From Octopus bimaculoides (lineage: Eukaryota), in contig NC_069005.1 in NCBI RefSeq assembly GCF_001194135.2, forward strand, positions 454,717-518,716: a stretch of DNA of 64,000 bases, given 5' to 3'. This document shows positions 1 to 13,185 of this stretch, one piece after another. The first letter of the stretch is position 1; every line of letters begins with the position of its first letter. The notes under the pieces were generated by a model, which was not told the origin of the DNA, made no database searches, and was given only the letters and a program-made list of their open reading frames with translations. The position numbers and the translations under genes are program-made.

Positions 1-539
1 GCGTTGAACCCTGCCTTTCGTCCTTCTGAAGTTCTTGAAATCAAGTACAAGTCAAGTATTAAAGTCAATGTTATCAACTAACCCCGCTACTACCCTAAAA
101 AGAGTGGACTCGACGCGCGCACCCGCACTAGTCAGTGGCATCCGCGATAAAAAAAAAAACCTTTCACATGTATAAATATGAGTAAACTTTAAATGATGAC
201 TTTTGTGTACTGCCATCATAGTCTTGAATCTGCGTTTTGCATTTTTCCAGTAACATTCAACTGAGTTTCTTTGGAGGGAAAAATATGAGAAAACTGGGGA
301 TGAATGTTTTCAGAACATAGCTTTCAGATTGGGTAGTGACCAGCTAATTCCTGCACAGCGAGAACAGTTCTCTCCTGCTGACGTTGGTACCCAACTCTGG
401 GATCTCATTCCAGCCTCCTCCGACTCTTTGAAACTTAAGTCCCTGTGCAGCTTCTCCAGCAATTGGCTCCGGTGGCTTCGCAATCAGCCCAAATTCCTTC
501 AGATGAGCGCAGTTGTGAGCATCATGGACAAAATTAGCA

Positions 540-1737
540 GATGGGGGGGGGAGTCTCAACTTGCATCACCAACATGGTTTTGGTTCTCAGACATCCCCAA
601 GACAAGTGCAGAGAGCAAAACAAAGGACTTCACATAACCTTTGTCGACCAAAGCATTCGACACTGTAAGCAGAAAAGGTCAATGGTAAATCCTAGAAAGT
701 CGTGGAGCCACCCCGCTCCCCAATTCTTCAGCGTGAGCATCCGAATACATGGAAACCTGCAGGACCAGGTCAGGTACAGCAACGATCTTTCTGAGTCCTT
801 CCCTATTAGCAACAGTGGGGGGGGGGCTGTGTCCTAGCGCCGACTCTTTTCATCTTCAGTGTGATGCTCTAACAAGCAACCGAAGACCACGACGATGAAG
901 ATGGCATCTTCATGCCGTACTCATGGCAACCTCTTCANNNNNNNNNNNNNNNNNNNNNNNNNNNNNNNNNNNNNNNNNNNNNNNNNNNNNNNNNNNNNNN
1001 NNNNNNNNNNNNNNNNNNNNNNNNNNNNNNNNNNNNNNNNNNNNNNNNNNNNNNNNNNNNNNNNNNNNNNNNNNNNNNNNNNNNNNNNNNNNNNNNNNNN
1101 NNNNNNNNNNNNNNNNNNNNNNNNNNNNNNNNNNNNNNNNNNNNNNNNNNNNNNNNNNNNNNNNNNNNNNNNNNNNNNNNNNNNNNNNNNNNNNNNNNNN
1201 NNNNNNNNNNNNNNNNNNNNNNNNNNNNNNNNNNNNNNNNNNNNNNNNNNNNNNNNNNNNNNNNNNNNNNNNNNNNNNNNNNNNNNNNNNNNNNNNNNNN
1301 NNNNNNNNNNNNNNNNNNNNNNNNNNNNNNNNNNNNNNNNNNNNNNNNNNNNNNNNNNNNNNNNNNNNNNNNNNNNNNNNNNNNNNNNNNNNNNNNNNNN
1401 NNNNNNNNNNNNNNNNNNNNNNNNNNNNNNNNNNNNNNNNNNNNNNNNNNNNNNNNNNNNNNNNNNNNNNNNNNNNNNNNNNNNNNNNNNNNNNNNNNNN
1501 NNNNNNNNNNNNNNNNNNNNNNNNNNNNNNNNNNNNNNNNNNNNNNNNNNNNNNNNNNNNNNNNNNNNNNNNNNNNNNNNNNNNNNNNNNNNNNNNNNNN
1601 NNNNNNNNNNNNNNNNNNNNNNNNNNNNNNNNNNNNNNNNTCAAAAGCCATCGTTCTAATCACCTTCTAATCTATGGTTCAGAGTCGTGGGTCGTCTATT
1701 GGCACCACCTGTGACTCCTTCAGCGATTCCATCAGGA
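540..1737 (+). mobile_element. RTE-clade LINE reverse-transcriptase remnant spanning an assembly gap
   Basis: Frameshifted TNMVLVLR..QDKCREQNKGLHITFVD..KAFDTVSR and GCVLAPTLF before the gap; KAIVLITL..YGSESWVVY..H..LLQRFHQ after it. Confidence 0.8.
938..1640. other. Assembly gap (N-run); other gaps at 3807-3862, 22140-22635, 28780-29190, 34645-34767, 38019-38093, 39376-39385, 43475-43484, 48633-49012 and 60160-60922
   Basis: Runs of N. Confidence 1.
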
Positions 1738-1778
1738 ATAGTAGGAATAGTGGAACGGATTGTTATTATTATTATTTT

Positions 1779-1990
1779 GAAGGCGGCGAGGCTGGCAGAA
1801 TCGTTAGCATGCCGGGCGAAATGCTTAGCGGTATTTCGTTTGTCGCTACGTTCTGAGTTCAAATTCCGCCGAGGTCGACTTTGCCTTTCATCCTTTCGGG
1901 TTCCAAGAAAAAAATTACCAGTCGAGTACTGGAGTCGATATAATCAACTATCCCCTAGGCCCAATTTCAAGTCTTGTGACTATAACAGAA
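1779..1990 (+). mobile_element. tRNA-derived SINE, family A (GGCGGCGAGCTGGCAGAA...GAGTTCAAATTCC...GTACCAGT)
   Basis: A-box-like and B-box (GAGTTCAAATTCC) motifs; many dispersed copies in the window. Confidence 0.75.
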
Positions 1991-2412
1991 AGGATTAAAC
2001 TAAAGTGTTTGACCCCAGCCAAAAAAAAGGGAGAAATAGATGTACAACATGTAGAAAACGAATATAAAAACAAAAACAAAATGCACGCTGGCGAACGGGG
2101 AGGAGAGGACTGGGAAAATTCACATCAGGAATGTTCCGAGTCCTCTCATCACTTCCCTATCCGTCGGTGAATTTTTTCTTCTTCATATTCGTTTACTACA
2201 CATTATTTTACACTTAGTACGCCATTTTCCTCCCTTTTTGTAATGGCGAACGGGGGAGAGGACTCGGAACATTCCTGATGTGAATTTTCCGAGTCCTCTC
2301 CCCCCGTTCGTCAGCGTGCATTTTGCTTTTTTCATATTCGTTTACTACATGTTGTTGTACATCTATTGCCCCCTTTTTGTTTGGCTGGGGTCAAGCACTT
2401 TAGTTTAACCGT
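1991..2412. mobile_element. Foldback/MITE-like palindromic element with internal hairpins
   Basis: 1995-2150 is the reverse complement of about 2255-2408; near-perfect 23-bp stem at 2247-2310. Confidence 0.7.
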
Positions 2413-3682
2413 CATTATTTACTGGCTTTGTTTTCAGCTTCATGCCCCACAACATCTTGTGTACTTCAATTTCGAGGTATTTGTACCTAAACAGTGAATA
2501 AGTTTACTTTAAAGTTTACTTTTAAAGTGGTTCTCAATGGATTATGTGCGTGATGGGGGGGGGGATAACAGTAAACAAAAAGTTTGATGCTCCCTGGTTT
2601 ACAAACACACACACACACAGAGCAGTAATTGAAATGATGTGGGACTGTAGGGAAGAGGTTAGGATGTTCCTCTGCGAAAGGGTAGCTTATGTTTTGTCTC
2701 AACTTCCCATCATTAGCTTCTCCGAACTTCACACATAACAATTTGCGAATAAATTTTAGGAACGACAACGAGAGAGAGAGAGAGAGAGTCTTTAACTTTT
2801 AAGGAATAAAGTTACCATAACAACAACAATAAAAGGACCAAGATACAGATGTGTCTCTCATCCTTCTGATTTTGTTTTCTCATAAATTTATGAAAAATGG
2901 CTTCTTTTTTCAATAGAATTTTCAACAAATACATTTAGGATGGAATAGATTACGAAAAATATTGGAATCTGATGTGGAAAAAAATTGTCGTCGGTGAGGT
3001 GGTGGATAATTTCCATACAGACTCAAAACTTCAGAGGAAACAAAGTCGAGAATTTATGAAATATGTGACCCAGAGTTTTTCATATCAAATTCCAACATCT
3101 GAAGCGGGTTTGTTGAAAATTTCATTAAAAAATATCCATTTTTCAGAAAGTTGAAAAGACAACAAAGTTGAGATGCGTGAATTATTGAAACTCGTCTCTC
3201 CTCAATCTTTCTAAAAAGGTTTTACAACAAAATTTCGACATCACTTTAATCTTCTTTCTGTGGGAAACTTTCAGAAAATTATAAAGAAATAAAATCGTTG
3301 GGATGAGGGAGGATAAAAATAATCCGTTAATTTGCAAAGAAAGAAAAAGACAGGAATTTGAAGAAAGAAAACAATGTATGAAAATACCTTCTATGTCATG
3401 AAATATTCCAAAGTTCTATTGTGAAGATAAGTTTGTTCTGTGCAAATCATTCATTGTCTAAGTGTACTTGACACAAAAGGCAAAATACTGTGAGTGAGAG
3501 CGTGAGTGAATGAGTGAGTGAGTGAATATCCGAGTGAGTGAACACACACACACACACACACACATACATATAAAGAAGGATGAAAGAATGCAGTCGACAA
3601 TCGTCGTTGGTATCCAGGGGTTTCGAAACTGGATTAAAACACTTTTTATTTAGCACTTTCGTCTTCATCAATGATTTCTTCA

Positions 3683-3806
3683 AGCTGGCATAAATGTTAG
3701 CACGCCGCCGGACGAAATGCTGAGCGATATTTCGTCTGTCATTACGTTCTGAGTTCAAATTCCGCCGAGGTCGACATTGCCTTTCGGGGTCGATAAATTA
3801 AGTACC
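3683..3806 (+). mobile_element. SINE family A, truncated by a gap
   Basis: Same head and B-box as 1779-1990. Confidence 0.7.
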
Positions 3807-4542
3807 NNNNNNNNNNNNNNNNNNNNNNNNNNNNNNNNNNNNNNNNNNNNNNNNNNNNNNNNAAAAATTTCGGGCCTCGTGCCTAGAGTAGAAAAGAATA
3901 ATGAGAATCTTATAAATGACAATATCCAGAGACAATTTTCGTTTGGTTTCGTCCGGGAAATTTTTTTTTAGTGAGAATTTCTTATGCTGTTTATGAATAT
4001 ACTTGTTAGGCGTTTAGTTTTGGAATAAATAAATTTTATGAAATGTAGTTCCATTGCCTTTCGGTGCATATACATATACAAACATACATACATACATACA
4101 TACATCAATAGTTATTTATGTATACACTAGCGTTGCTAGAGTGTGTGTCGCCCGCGACAGCCCTTCCGTTTGCCGTCCCCTGATCCCACAAAAAACACAT
4201 TGCCTACAGCAAACTCAAAAGTGCTGTCTCATTAAAAGAATATCATGCAATTATTTGGGCAAAGTTTCTTCTTTCACCCACAAACCAGCAAAGAGTTTGA
4301 CTTGTGATAACAGTGAGGGCAGGTAAACTGAAAATGGCAGGTATGCATTTGCAAGCTCAAACGTCCCACAGCTGACTGACGATAAATGCAAATACTCCCG
4401 CTCAGAGCACATTCCCTCTTGCTGAAATTAATTTTTGACAACATCAATGATGCTGAAAAATTGCTGATGCCAGTCATCGATGACAGAGAGATCACCTTCT
4501 TCAGTAGTTGCTGTATGTCTGAAGCGCAGCATTTTGCCATCA

Positions 4543-4702
<160 letters not shown>

Positions 4703-4924
4703 GCTGGGTAACCAAGTATCTCCTTTACAACAGCACACCTATTTCAGTCCTCATTCTCTCACTCTCTCTCCAGTCAGGTAACCTTGTACCTCCTCTACAG
4801 CAAGAAAACCTGTTTCTGTCTCTCTGCCACACTCTAATCTTTCATCGTCTGACACAAGACCACCTCTTCCAATGCCCCCTCCCCTTTCCCAAAGGATCCT
4901 TGTCTTGCAAGTTACTTGGTGACC

Positions 4925-5115
4925 CTGCCAGTGCTGGTGCCATGTAAAAAGCACTCCTTCCACTCTGCTGGGTGTTAGAAGGGCATCCAGCCATAAAAAA
5001 CCCTGCAAAAACAGATACAGAAGTCTGGCGCAGGCTCCCACCTGGCCAGTTCCTGTCAAACCATCCAACCCATGCCAGCATGGAAGACAGACGTTAAACG
5101 ATGATGAGGATGATG
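4925..5115 (-). mobile_element. Dispersed repeat family B (CGTTTAACGTC...CATGCTGGCATGGG...CTGGATGCCCTTC)
   Basis: Reverse-complement match to copies at about 6889-7100 and 21265-21480. Confidence 0.7.
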
Positions 5116-5178
5116 ATGATACATATATATATATATCCCCACATACACCCACCCATAGAGTCCTTGTCAACTGTAGAC

Positions 5179-5374
5179 CAGTGCTTCTCAAACTATCTCA
5201 TGTGGTTTACCAGCAGTTTTTGTTTCCCCCCCCCCCCAATGTGCCAGGGACAGGTAATATTTCTTAGTAATATCAATTTATACAGGAAACAAATAATACA
5301 ATATTACATTTTATGAGCATTTTATGTTTCTTTCTTTTCTGGAAGCTTGCAGACCAGCACTTTGAGTAGCAGTA
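5179..5374. mobile_element. hAT-type MITE
   Basis: TIRs CAGTGCTTCTCAAA / TTTGAGTAGCAGTA; 8-bp TSD ctgtagac / ttgtagac (7/8 match). Confidence 0.7.
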
Positions 5375-6888
5375 TTGTAGACAACAATAACCACTTGGCA
5401 GACAAACCCCATAACCTAAATTGTCTTCAGTTTTCTTTCAGATATACATTACATCCAAAATGTGTTACATAAGTCTGTTATACACCCACATCTATAACAC
5501 GTTATATAACATAACATTCCATACAGTTTAATTCCTTGCATAGAAATCTCTTGAACTTTTTAAACTTCAGACATAAACTGTGATTTTAAATGTCTTTGGT
5601 GGCAGGAGGAGGCAGTTGTTTGACACTTGAAATATTTAATTGCTTAGTGTTACAATAAGTAAATAAAGTTAAGGGTTATTATATATTAAATACAATTAAA
5701 CCTTGGGAGAAGCTGGTAATAAACACACACACTGGTTCAGTCCTTTATTAATTTATATAGTTTTTTGTTAAATTATTTCATTGCACTGAACCAAGGTTTA
5801 ATTGTATTTCTTTCAACACACGTATCCACATCAAGAATCTTGCACACGAAATACACATATGAAATATACTAAATAGTTTGACAGAAAAATATCTCCATTT
5901 TTGTTTTCAAAACAAAAGAATCACTTTTCAACTTGAAACGGTCTCATTTTCAAAGCAATGTTAACAATAAATATTTGGGCAGTTTTGAAAATTGTCCACT
6001 TGAACAAAAAAGAAAATGGCTAAAGTGTGTGTTTTAAAAAATAAAATATTTCACAGTCCATTTTTGGAACAGTGAATCTCAAAGTATTTATACATAAGGC
6101 TATAAGTAATTGGATGTAAATATGGGGTTGAAAATCCCTTTTGGATAGAAAAAGTTGCAGCCTGCTTCTGAATATTTCTATCCAAAAGGGATTTTCAGTC
6201 CAATATTTGCATGCAGTTGTTTACAGCCTTATGTGCTTCAAGATTCACAGTTCCAAAAAAGAATCATTTCACATTCTCTCAAAAGTTTCTCAATTCTTTT
6301 TAAATCAACACAGTACGCTTCCATAAATAATTTGCTCTTTTGAAACTATAACAGTTGTTGGGTTGGGAAAATAAATTGATAGAAAAATATCAACAAACTT
6401 GTCTTTAATGCAAGGCTTCAGCACAGTTGCAAAACTGAAAGTATTCACATCCAAGATTTCTCTTCTCTTTTCTTTTCTGACTTCTTCTGAACAATGACTA
6501 CAATAAATATTCAGACAATTTAACAACTCCTATTGTAAACAAAAGAAAAAAAACCCCAACTAAAATGTGTGACCCAAAATAAAGTATGACTGTGTAAGCA
6601 TTGGTCCTTTTGAGGTCGTACAGATTGAGTTACAAGAGAGACACCTCCTCAACAGAATTCAAACTCTAACAGATGTTATTGTTTAGTTTTATCTCAGATA
6701 AAATTAGCTGAAGTCACTGACTGTGGTCTTATCAAGGAAGCACCAGGGAAATAGCAGCATAATTGCCCTCAAATCATAGTCCACCGTTTTAAATACATAC
6801 ACACACACATATGCACATGCAACAATAAAATCTAGATAAGCAGATGGCTTTGACTGAACAATTCCCATGTCTACATATCAGAAGATCA

Positions 6889-7100
6889 TCATCATCATCA
6901 TCACCTTCATTTAACTTCTGTTTTCCAGGCTGGCATGGGTTGGACAGTTTGACTGGAACTGGTAAGCTGGAGAGCTGCACCAGGTTCCAATCTGATTTGG
7001 CAGGGTTTCAATGGCTGGATGCCCTTCTTAATGCCAACCACTCCAAGAGTGTAATGGGTACTTTTTACATGCCACCAGTACACTGGTATCGGCCACAACT
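6889..7100 (+). mobile_element. Dispersed repeat family B
   Basis: (ATC)n head followed by the shared CTGGATGCCCTTC..GCCAACCACTCC core. Confidence 0.7.
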
Positions 7101-7239
7101 ACACTTTCACGTGGCTTGATGAGTCTTCTCAAGAATGGCATATCGTTAAAGGTCTCAGTCACTTATCATTGCCTCCATGTGGGCCCACATGTGAATGGTG
7201 CTTTTTAAATGCCACTGGCATGGGTGCCTCTTACATGAC

Positions 7240-7900
7240 ACCAGCATTGCCTATGACAACATCTGCTTGACCACCTCATCCCATTTCTTCCAGGGTTTAC
7301 CTCTACCACAGGCTCCCTCCACAGTTAGGGATCAGCACTTCTTTACACAGCTGTCCTCATCCATATACATCATATGACCATACCAGTGCAGTCATCTCTC
7401 TTGCATACGTTTGATGCCTCTTATACCTAACTTTTCTCTCAAGATGCTTACACTCTGTTGAAGATGCACACTGACATTGCACATCCATCAGAGCATACTA
7501 GCTTCATTTCTTTCAAGCCTACACAGGTCCTCAGCAGTCACAGCCCATGTTTCAATGATGTGTAGCATGACTATTCACACACAGGCATTTCTTATTCTAG
7601 CAGCTACACTCTCAGAGCATCCACCCCCACTACTGACTTGGTCACCTAGGTAATGGAAGCTGTTAACTTCTACCTTTCCCCCTTGGCATTTGATGGAGTC
7701 TATTTTTCTGTACATTTCTAGTGTTTATTGTACTTGTGCACCTTCCACACACAAGAACTATTTTCCCTGTTAACCTTCCCCTGATATTGGTACACCTCTT
7801 ACATGTTCATTGCTTACATCAGGTCCAGGTACATCTTATGGATTTTCTATGCCTTTTCTACAGATCAAGCAGGGCCATCTACCTGAAGGCATTTGTGATT
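7240..7900 (-). mobile_element. RTE-clade LINE 3' remnant
   Basis: Decayed translation WAVTAEDL.RLERNEASML.WMCNV...LREKLGIRGI...QERRLHWYGH..YMDEDSCVKKC. Confidence 0.75.
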
Positions 7901-8124
7901 TGTCTGCTTACCTTCTTACTAAGACTTTGGTTTTTGCTAGGTTAACTCTAAGGCCTTTTCATATAGATACCAGTAAATACATATATAGCTAATTAGTCAA
8001 TTGATTATTATTCTCATCACCGGTGACAATGATAAAAGTACATTTGCACCTAAAGATAATGAACATCTCTCTGATAACAATATTTCCAACAAAACGTAAT
8101 CATGCTCTGCTGAGCAATATCTTC

Positions 8125-8279
8125 AGGACCCAATCCTAGAGATATCATCATCTATGTCATTCTACAAACAAGCAATCACATCATCAAAATCTCAAAGCTA
8201 CAAGATAATACAGGATTAACTTAAAACCATGTGAATAAATAAGCATTTGATAGAATGATCTGAATGCTAAAGAGTTAAT
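8125..8279 (-). mobile_element. Half copy of a piggyBac-like (TTAA) MITE
   Basis: Ends CTGAATGCTAAAGAG|TTAA; shares sequence with 47363-47753. Confidence 0.6.
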
Positions 8280-8362
8280 CTTACAATCTTAAATACAAAG
8301 CGGATGACATCCAAAGAAATTATCTGAACATAACTCCAAGCATTGATTAAATCATATAAACT

Positions 8363-8406
<44 letters not shown>

Positions 8407-10369
8407 TTGTACTTTACAAGTTTTCTAGTTGCAGTAGAGATGGATATGTAATGCTGTCAGTTATTGACTGATCTTCTCACGATTGTTGTTGGATATTCAA
8501 CTCATTTTACTACAGGGACAAACAACAGCAAACACTCCTAGTTGAAGAACCAAGTGAAGTATTTTGTCACTAAGCTCAAGCATTCATTTACACAGAATCA
8601 ACAACGAGAAGTAGAAAAGGAAAGAAGTCCTCGAAACATTTTTACTGAATGGTCAACGGACATTTAATCTGCAAGTCTCCAGATGATGAATTTAAACATT
8701 GCATACATTCTTGAATTCAATGCAACAACAAAAATCTAAACAGATGTTTCCCATCCTTAGAGAAAAATATCAGTAACAGACACAGAATGCAGACTAAATA
8801 TTTCAGAGTGGTTTAACAAATCTATAGCACTTTCCCTTGTAACTTATCTCTACAGATATTCTAAAGAATTTAGAGCCAGCTCTGAAAGTTATGACATTTC
8901 GTATATGTGAACATTTATATGGACGTGTTCATATTTGAAACATTCTGTCTTCGCTCTAAATTCTATAGAATATCTTAAAAGTAACTGAATAGCATTGCTG
9001 ACACAGAAAGGTAGGACACAGTGTTGCCTTATGTGTGTTTATATGTATCTGTCTCCTGGTTTTGACAACATGTGATGGTTGTAAAGGAACATCACTGTCA
9101 TACAAGCAGTGTCATTTATTCCCAATCTTTCATAACATGTCCAGTCATTTAGGAAAATTACCTTGGTTGGGAACAAGTGAGGGTTGGTGACTGGAAAGGC
9201 ATCTGGTCAAAGAAAATCTTCCTTGATGTATTGCATCTGACTCATTTAAGGATAGAAAAGTTAACATTGAAATGATGACGATGATGATAATTTCTTACAA
9301 AAGTCTGCCAGTTTATTAAAGTAAGAATATGACGGTACTAATATCATTCTCAGACAGTTTTGTACACTTGTTGTATTACTCCAAGCTGGGTCTGATCACG
9401 TTGACCTATGTTCTGATCAAACTATCACCATCCTGTCTTTTTTTTTTAAACATTGTACACCCAAGCTATATTACCGAATGTGTCTTTATAAGATGGCAGG
9501 ATGAGATATGAGGCTGATTTAGCTGCTATGTTTCATTGAACAATTTGATCAACAGCAGAACCTCTTCAAGTGTTGTTGTTTTGTTGGCCAACATTTCTCT
9601 GTAAAGTCTTAATTTAAATTTCTTTTTCAATCTTCTTAATCCTGGTTTTAAAAAAAAACAGCCATTGTTATGTTAGATCCTGGTTAACAATGACTTAGAA
9701 CAAACTTATGATCTGAGACATTCCATTCATTTCTCTCTTGCATTCAGCGTGCTCAACGTACCTAAAACAGACATTATTATCTGTTGTGTCAAACAAGCAG
9801 GTACAAAACGAAGGTAGTCGGCTGCTGTCTCCTACCAAATGCTGTGAACAATCAGATTTCAAAGTTTACCTGTAATTAATTATAATTGTCATTTATAAAG
9901 CTTTTATTGGCCCGTTGTACTTATTGCTCATTGTTGACAGTATTTCAACATGAGCTACTCATAGTTGCCTGCCAAGGAAACACAAGAATCAGGCAGATGT
10001 ATGTATAACATGCCTACAACTATTAAAAACTCTTATTTAAATATTGTGTATATTAAATGATATGTATGTATTTACGCATGCATGTATGTATATACACATG
10101 TATGTATGTATGTATGCATGCATCTATGTACTGGAGAGTTGTAAGAGCATTGAACAAAATACCTTTCCCAAAATTTTCTGTGACTCTTTATGTTTTGAAT
10201 TCCAATTTTGTTGAGGTCATCTCTGTCGTTCACCTCTGTTGCGGGGTGATGAAATAATGACCCATTCCCTTCCTGCAACAATTACACACAAACAGTGAAA
10301 GGAGACAAAACAAAGACTGCAATGCAATTTTTCTCAGGTTCTCATCAAACTCTGCCAGCTTTTGCACCC

Positions 10370-10404
<35 letters not shown>

Positions 10405-10424
10405 GATATTATTATCATTACTAA

Positions 10425-10640
10425 TAATAATGACTTCCAATTTTGGCACAAGGTCACCAAGCTTCAAGGCGTTTGACTACATTAACCCCCAATGCTCAAC
10501 TGGTACTTATTTTATTGGCCCTGAAAGGACAAAAGGCAAAGTCCAACTTTGGGGTATTTGAACTCAGAACATAGACAGACAAAATGCCTCTAAGCATTTT
10601 ACCAGGTCTGCTGACAATTCTGCCAGCTCACCGGGTAAAA
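10425..10640 (-). mobile_element. SINE family A
   Basis: Reverse complement of the family A head and body. Confidence 0.65.
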
Positions 10641-11392
10641 TAGTAATGATAATAATAATAATACTTTCTAATTTTGACACAAGGCCAGCAGTTTTGAGGG
10701 AAGGAGAAAACAAATTATATCAACTGCAGAGTTTATCTGGTACTTATTTTATTGTCCCAAAAGGATGAATGGCAAAGTCAACCTTGGCAGTTTCTTAAAT
10801 TATATTGAACTAATTTCTTAAATAATATTGCACTTTCCTTCTCTGAAATGTATATTTTATAAAAATTAAAAAAAAAAAGAAATAACAAAAAAGAAAAGAA
10901 ATAAAAAGTACCTTTCTTATGTCTTTACCCCTGCCCCTCCAAACAAGCTGAAAATTTTGCTGTGAAACCATTATTGCTTCCTGTCTTGTAATTTATTCGC
11001 CTGATTAAGTTAATTCTTGCACAAATACTAACAGTTATTTGGGTTGTACATTCCACATCATGTCCCAGATTTGGCACATCTCAATTCCATTTCAGACAAA
11101 TAAGTGCTTTCCAAGAACACAACTACCATCATCAATTCAGGATCAAAGACACCAGTTCCAGGCCTGCCCCCCTCCCTCTTTTCCCCCATTTTGCCATTCC
11201 AGTAAGTTACCAACAACTGCCAATTAAAGCTACCACCATTACTATCACTTGGTGTAACTAATGGTTGTCTTAATTGAATAATTACACACTCCTGAATAAT
11301 TCTGTAAATATATTTTGCCCTAATTCACTTTCACCAAGCATTAAAAGTCCTGCATAAACAGGGTAAAGTATTAACACAATGTGTGTGTGTGT

Positions 11393-11423
<31 letters not shown>

Positions 11424-11959
11424 AACCACTCCGAGAGTGTAATGGGTACATTAACGTGCCACTGGCACAGGTGCCATTTGCATGTCTTTGATTCTTCCTT
11501 TTATTCTTCTTTCCTAGCTTCCATTTAAGAGTTCTTCCGACAGTATGTCTATTCTGTTTCCATTTCTATTTTTGTCTTTAGACCTGCTGCCTAGAACCAC
11601 AAGTGTCCCTGGCTGTTCCCAGAGTCTCCAAGACTTGTAGGGAGGAAAGAGGGAATCGTTAAACATCAGGCTTGACCCACAGATGCTCGCAACAGATTTT
11701 GCACTTTGTAGCCATAAGCCGGATGCTGTTGTTGAACTGGACAAAGGGTCGAGTCTGTGCCTGTTTCTCTTCCATCACTTATATGTGTATAGGGTGTCTT
11801 ATCGCTTAAGTTGTGGGAGTCATCGAACTGAGGCAATGCTGGAGCAACACTTTGAAGGGGTTCTAGTGAAAGAAATCAACTTTTTTGTTTTGTTGAAAGT
11901 CTGGCACTATTGTTTCTGTTTTGTTGAACTGCTAAGTTAAAGGGACATAAACAAACCAA

Positions 11960-12085
11960 CAGCAGTTTCCACCTAACAAACTCACTTACAAGGCATTGGT
12001 TGGTTCAGGGCTATATTAAAAGACACTTGCCCAAGGTGCCACACAGTGGGACTGAACCTGAAGCCCTGTGGCATTAAAGCAATCT
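11960..12085 (-). mobile_element. SINE family C (GGTTCAGTCCCACTG..GGCACCTTGGGCAAGTGTC)
   Basis: Matches copies at about 28520-28640, 54245-54400 and 57095-57490. Confidence 0.65.
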
Positions 12086-12154
12086 TCAATAAAACTTCAA
12101 TAAAATAAACAAGAAAAAACAACAAAGAAACAAACAAACAAATGCTGATTAGGG

Positions 12155-12468
12155 TTACAACTTTTGTTTTGCCAATGTTGCAATTTGCACTTTTTCCTTC
12201 AATTTGCCAGGCAACTGGTATTGGACCGCATCGGTAGCAAACTGAACGGAATATTTGTCAGACATGTGGATGAGGAGCAAATGGTTGATGTCGTCGAATA
12301 AGGAAGCATGTTCAATGATCTCTGACAAATGGGTGTGGCCACGTTGTCTTGCTTTGCTGATGATGCCAGGGGTGAAACCTTCCAAATAAGTGGCTTCCAT
12401 TATCAACAACTTGACCTTCAAGAGGTCAGGTGGTGGGTTCATCAGGAACACTTCAAATGTTGTGTCAC
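12155..12468 (-). CDS. TM-type short tRNase Z, coding exon 4 (GDT, MEAT, GHTH, LIHMS) to stop
   Basis: Acceptor ctctgtttcag|GT completes FTGDT. Contains LLIMEATY, RGHTHLSEI and LLLIHMSDKYS. Total spliced CDS is 1182 nt = 393 aa plus stop. Confidence 0.93.
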
Positions 12469-12742
12469 CTGAAACAGAGAATGGTGAGGCAGGAGGAGAA
12501 GAAGGTTAATCAGTCATGTGCGAGAGAGGGGGGGACAAGGGGGAGTGAGCAGTGAGCGATAAAGATGTAAAGAAAAAAAAGCAAAGAAATAAGCAGAGAG
12601 AGAGAGAGAGAGAGAGAGAGAAATGGGCAGGAAGACAGAGTGTGTTCTAGAAGCAATAGAAAGGGCAGAGAGAGAGAGAGAGGCGACGATGCTTGCATTG
12701 GTTGGGATGTGTCTGTTAGTGACATGACACCAATCAAGTGAG

Positions 12743-13035
12743 AGTGTGTGGCTAAGTGGTGAGGGTGCTCAGCTCAAGACTGTAAGGTCATGAGTTCAAT
12801 ACTTGGTGGCACATTGTGCCCTTGAGCAAGACACCCTATGTCACATTGCTCCAGCCAGCTCAGCTGGCAAAAATCCACTGTACCTGTAATTCAAAGGGCC
12901 AGCCTTATCTCTCTCACAACTATGTTAAGGGTGTCTGTGGAGTACTCGGCCATTTGCATGTTAATTTCACAAGCAGGCTGTTCTGTTGATCAGATCAACT
13001 GGAACCCTTATCATTGTAACTGACAGAGTGCCAAT
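12743..13035 (+). mobile_element. tRNA-derived SINE in tRNase Z intron 3
   Basis: A-box TGGCTAAGTGG, B-box GAGTTCAATAC, body GTGCCCTTGAGCAAGACAC; related head at about 56460-56560. Confidence 0.65.
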
Positions 13036-13185
13036 TATGCCAATCAATTAGGTGGCCCTTTTCTGGATGATTGTGTTTGAAGAAGAGAGACCCTTGTAGA
13101 AAGGGTTGATGGTTCCCTTATGATTTTGCTTTCTGTTTGATGGATGAAAGGTTGTGTCAAGACAAAAACACCAGCAATGACTTAC

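Noticed and set aside
895-1714. Long ORFs full of X in the ORF track (also near 22000, 28700, 34500, 48500 and 60000)
   Set aside because: Artefacts of N-runs lacking stop codons.
2880-3430. Stop-interrupted protein-like frame (..ENTFYVMKYSK), possibly an hAT dimerisation-domain remnant
   Set aside because: Similarity too weak to support without alignment.
4120-4540. Hairpins (CTAGC-AAC-GCTAG, TGTCGC-CC-GCGACA) plus CTAG suggesting a Helitron 3' end on the minus strand
   Set aside because: No 5' TC end or convincing Rep/helicase motifs could be found.
11666-11862. Possible alternative last exon for tRNase Z (acceptor tttctttcactag| at 11863; 64-codon open frame in phase 1)
   Set aside because: No homology recognised. 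It would delete catalytic motifs IV-V, and a neighbouring frame (NNSIRL..CEHLWVK) could be a decayed LINE endonuclease. Needs junction reads 13186/11862 to revive.
12743-12800. A-box/B-box sequences as tRNA genes (also in family A and C repeats)
   Set aside because: They are SINE heads; no complete cloverleaf is present.
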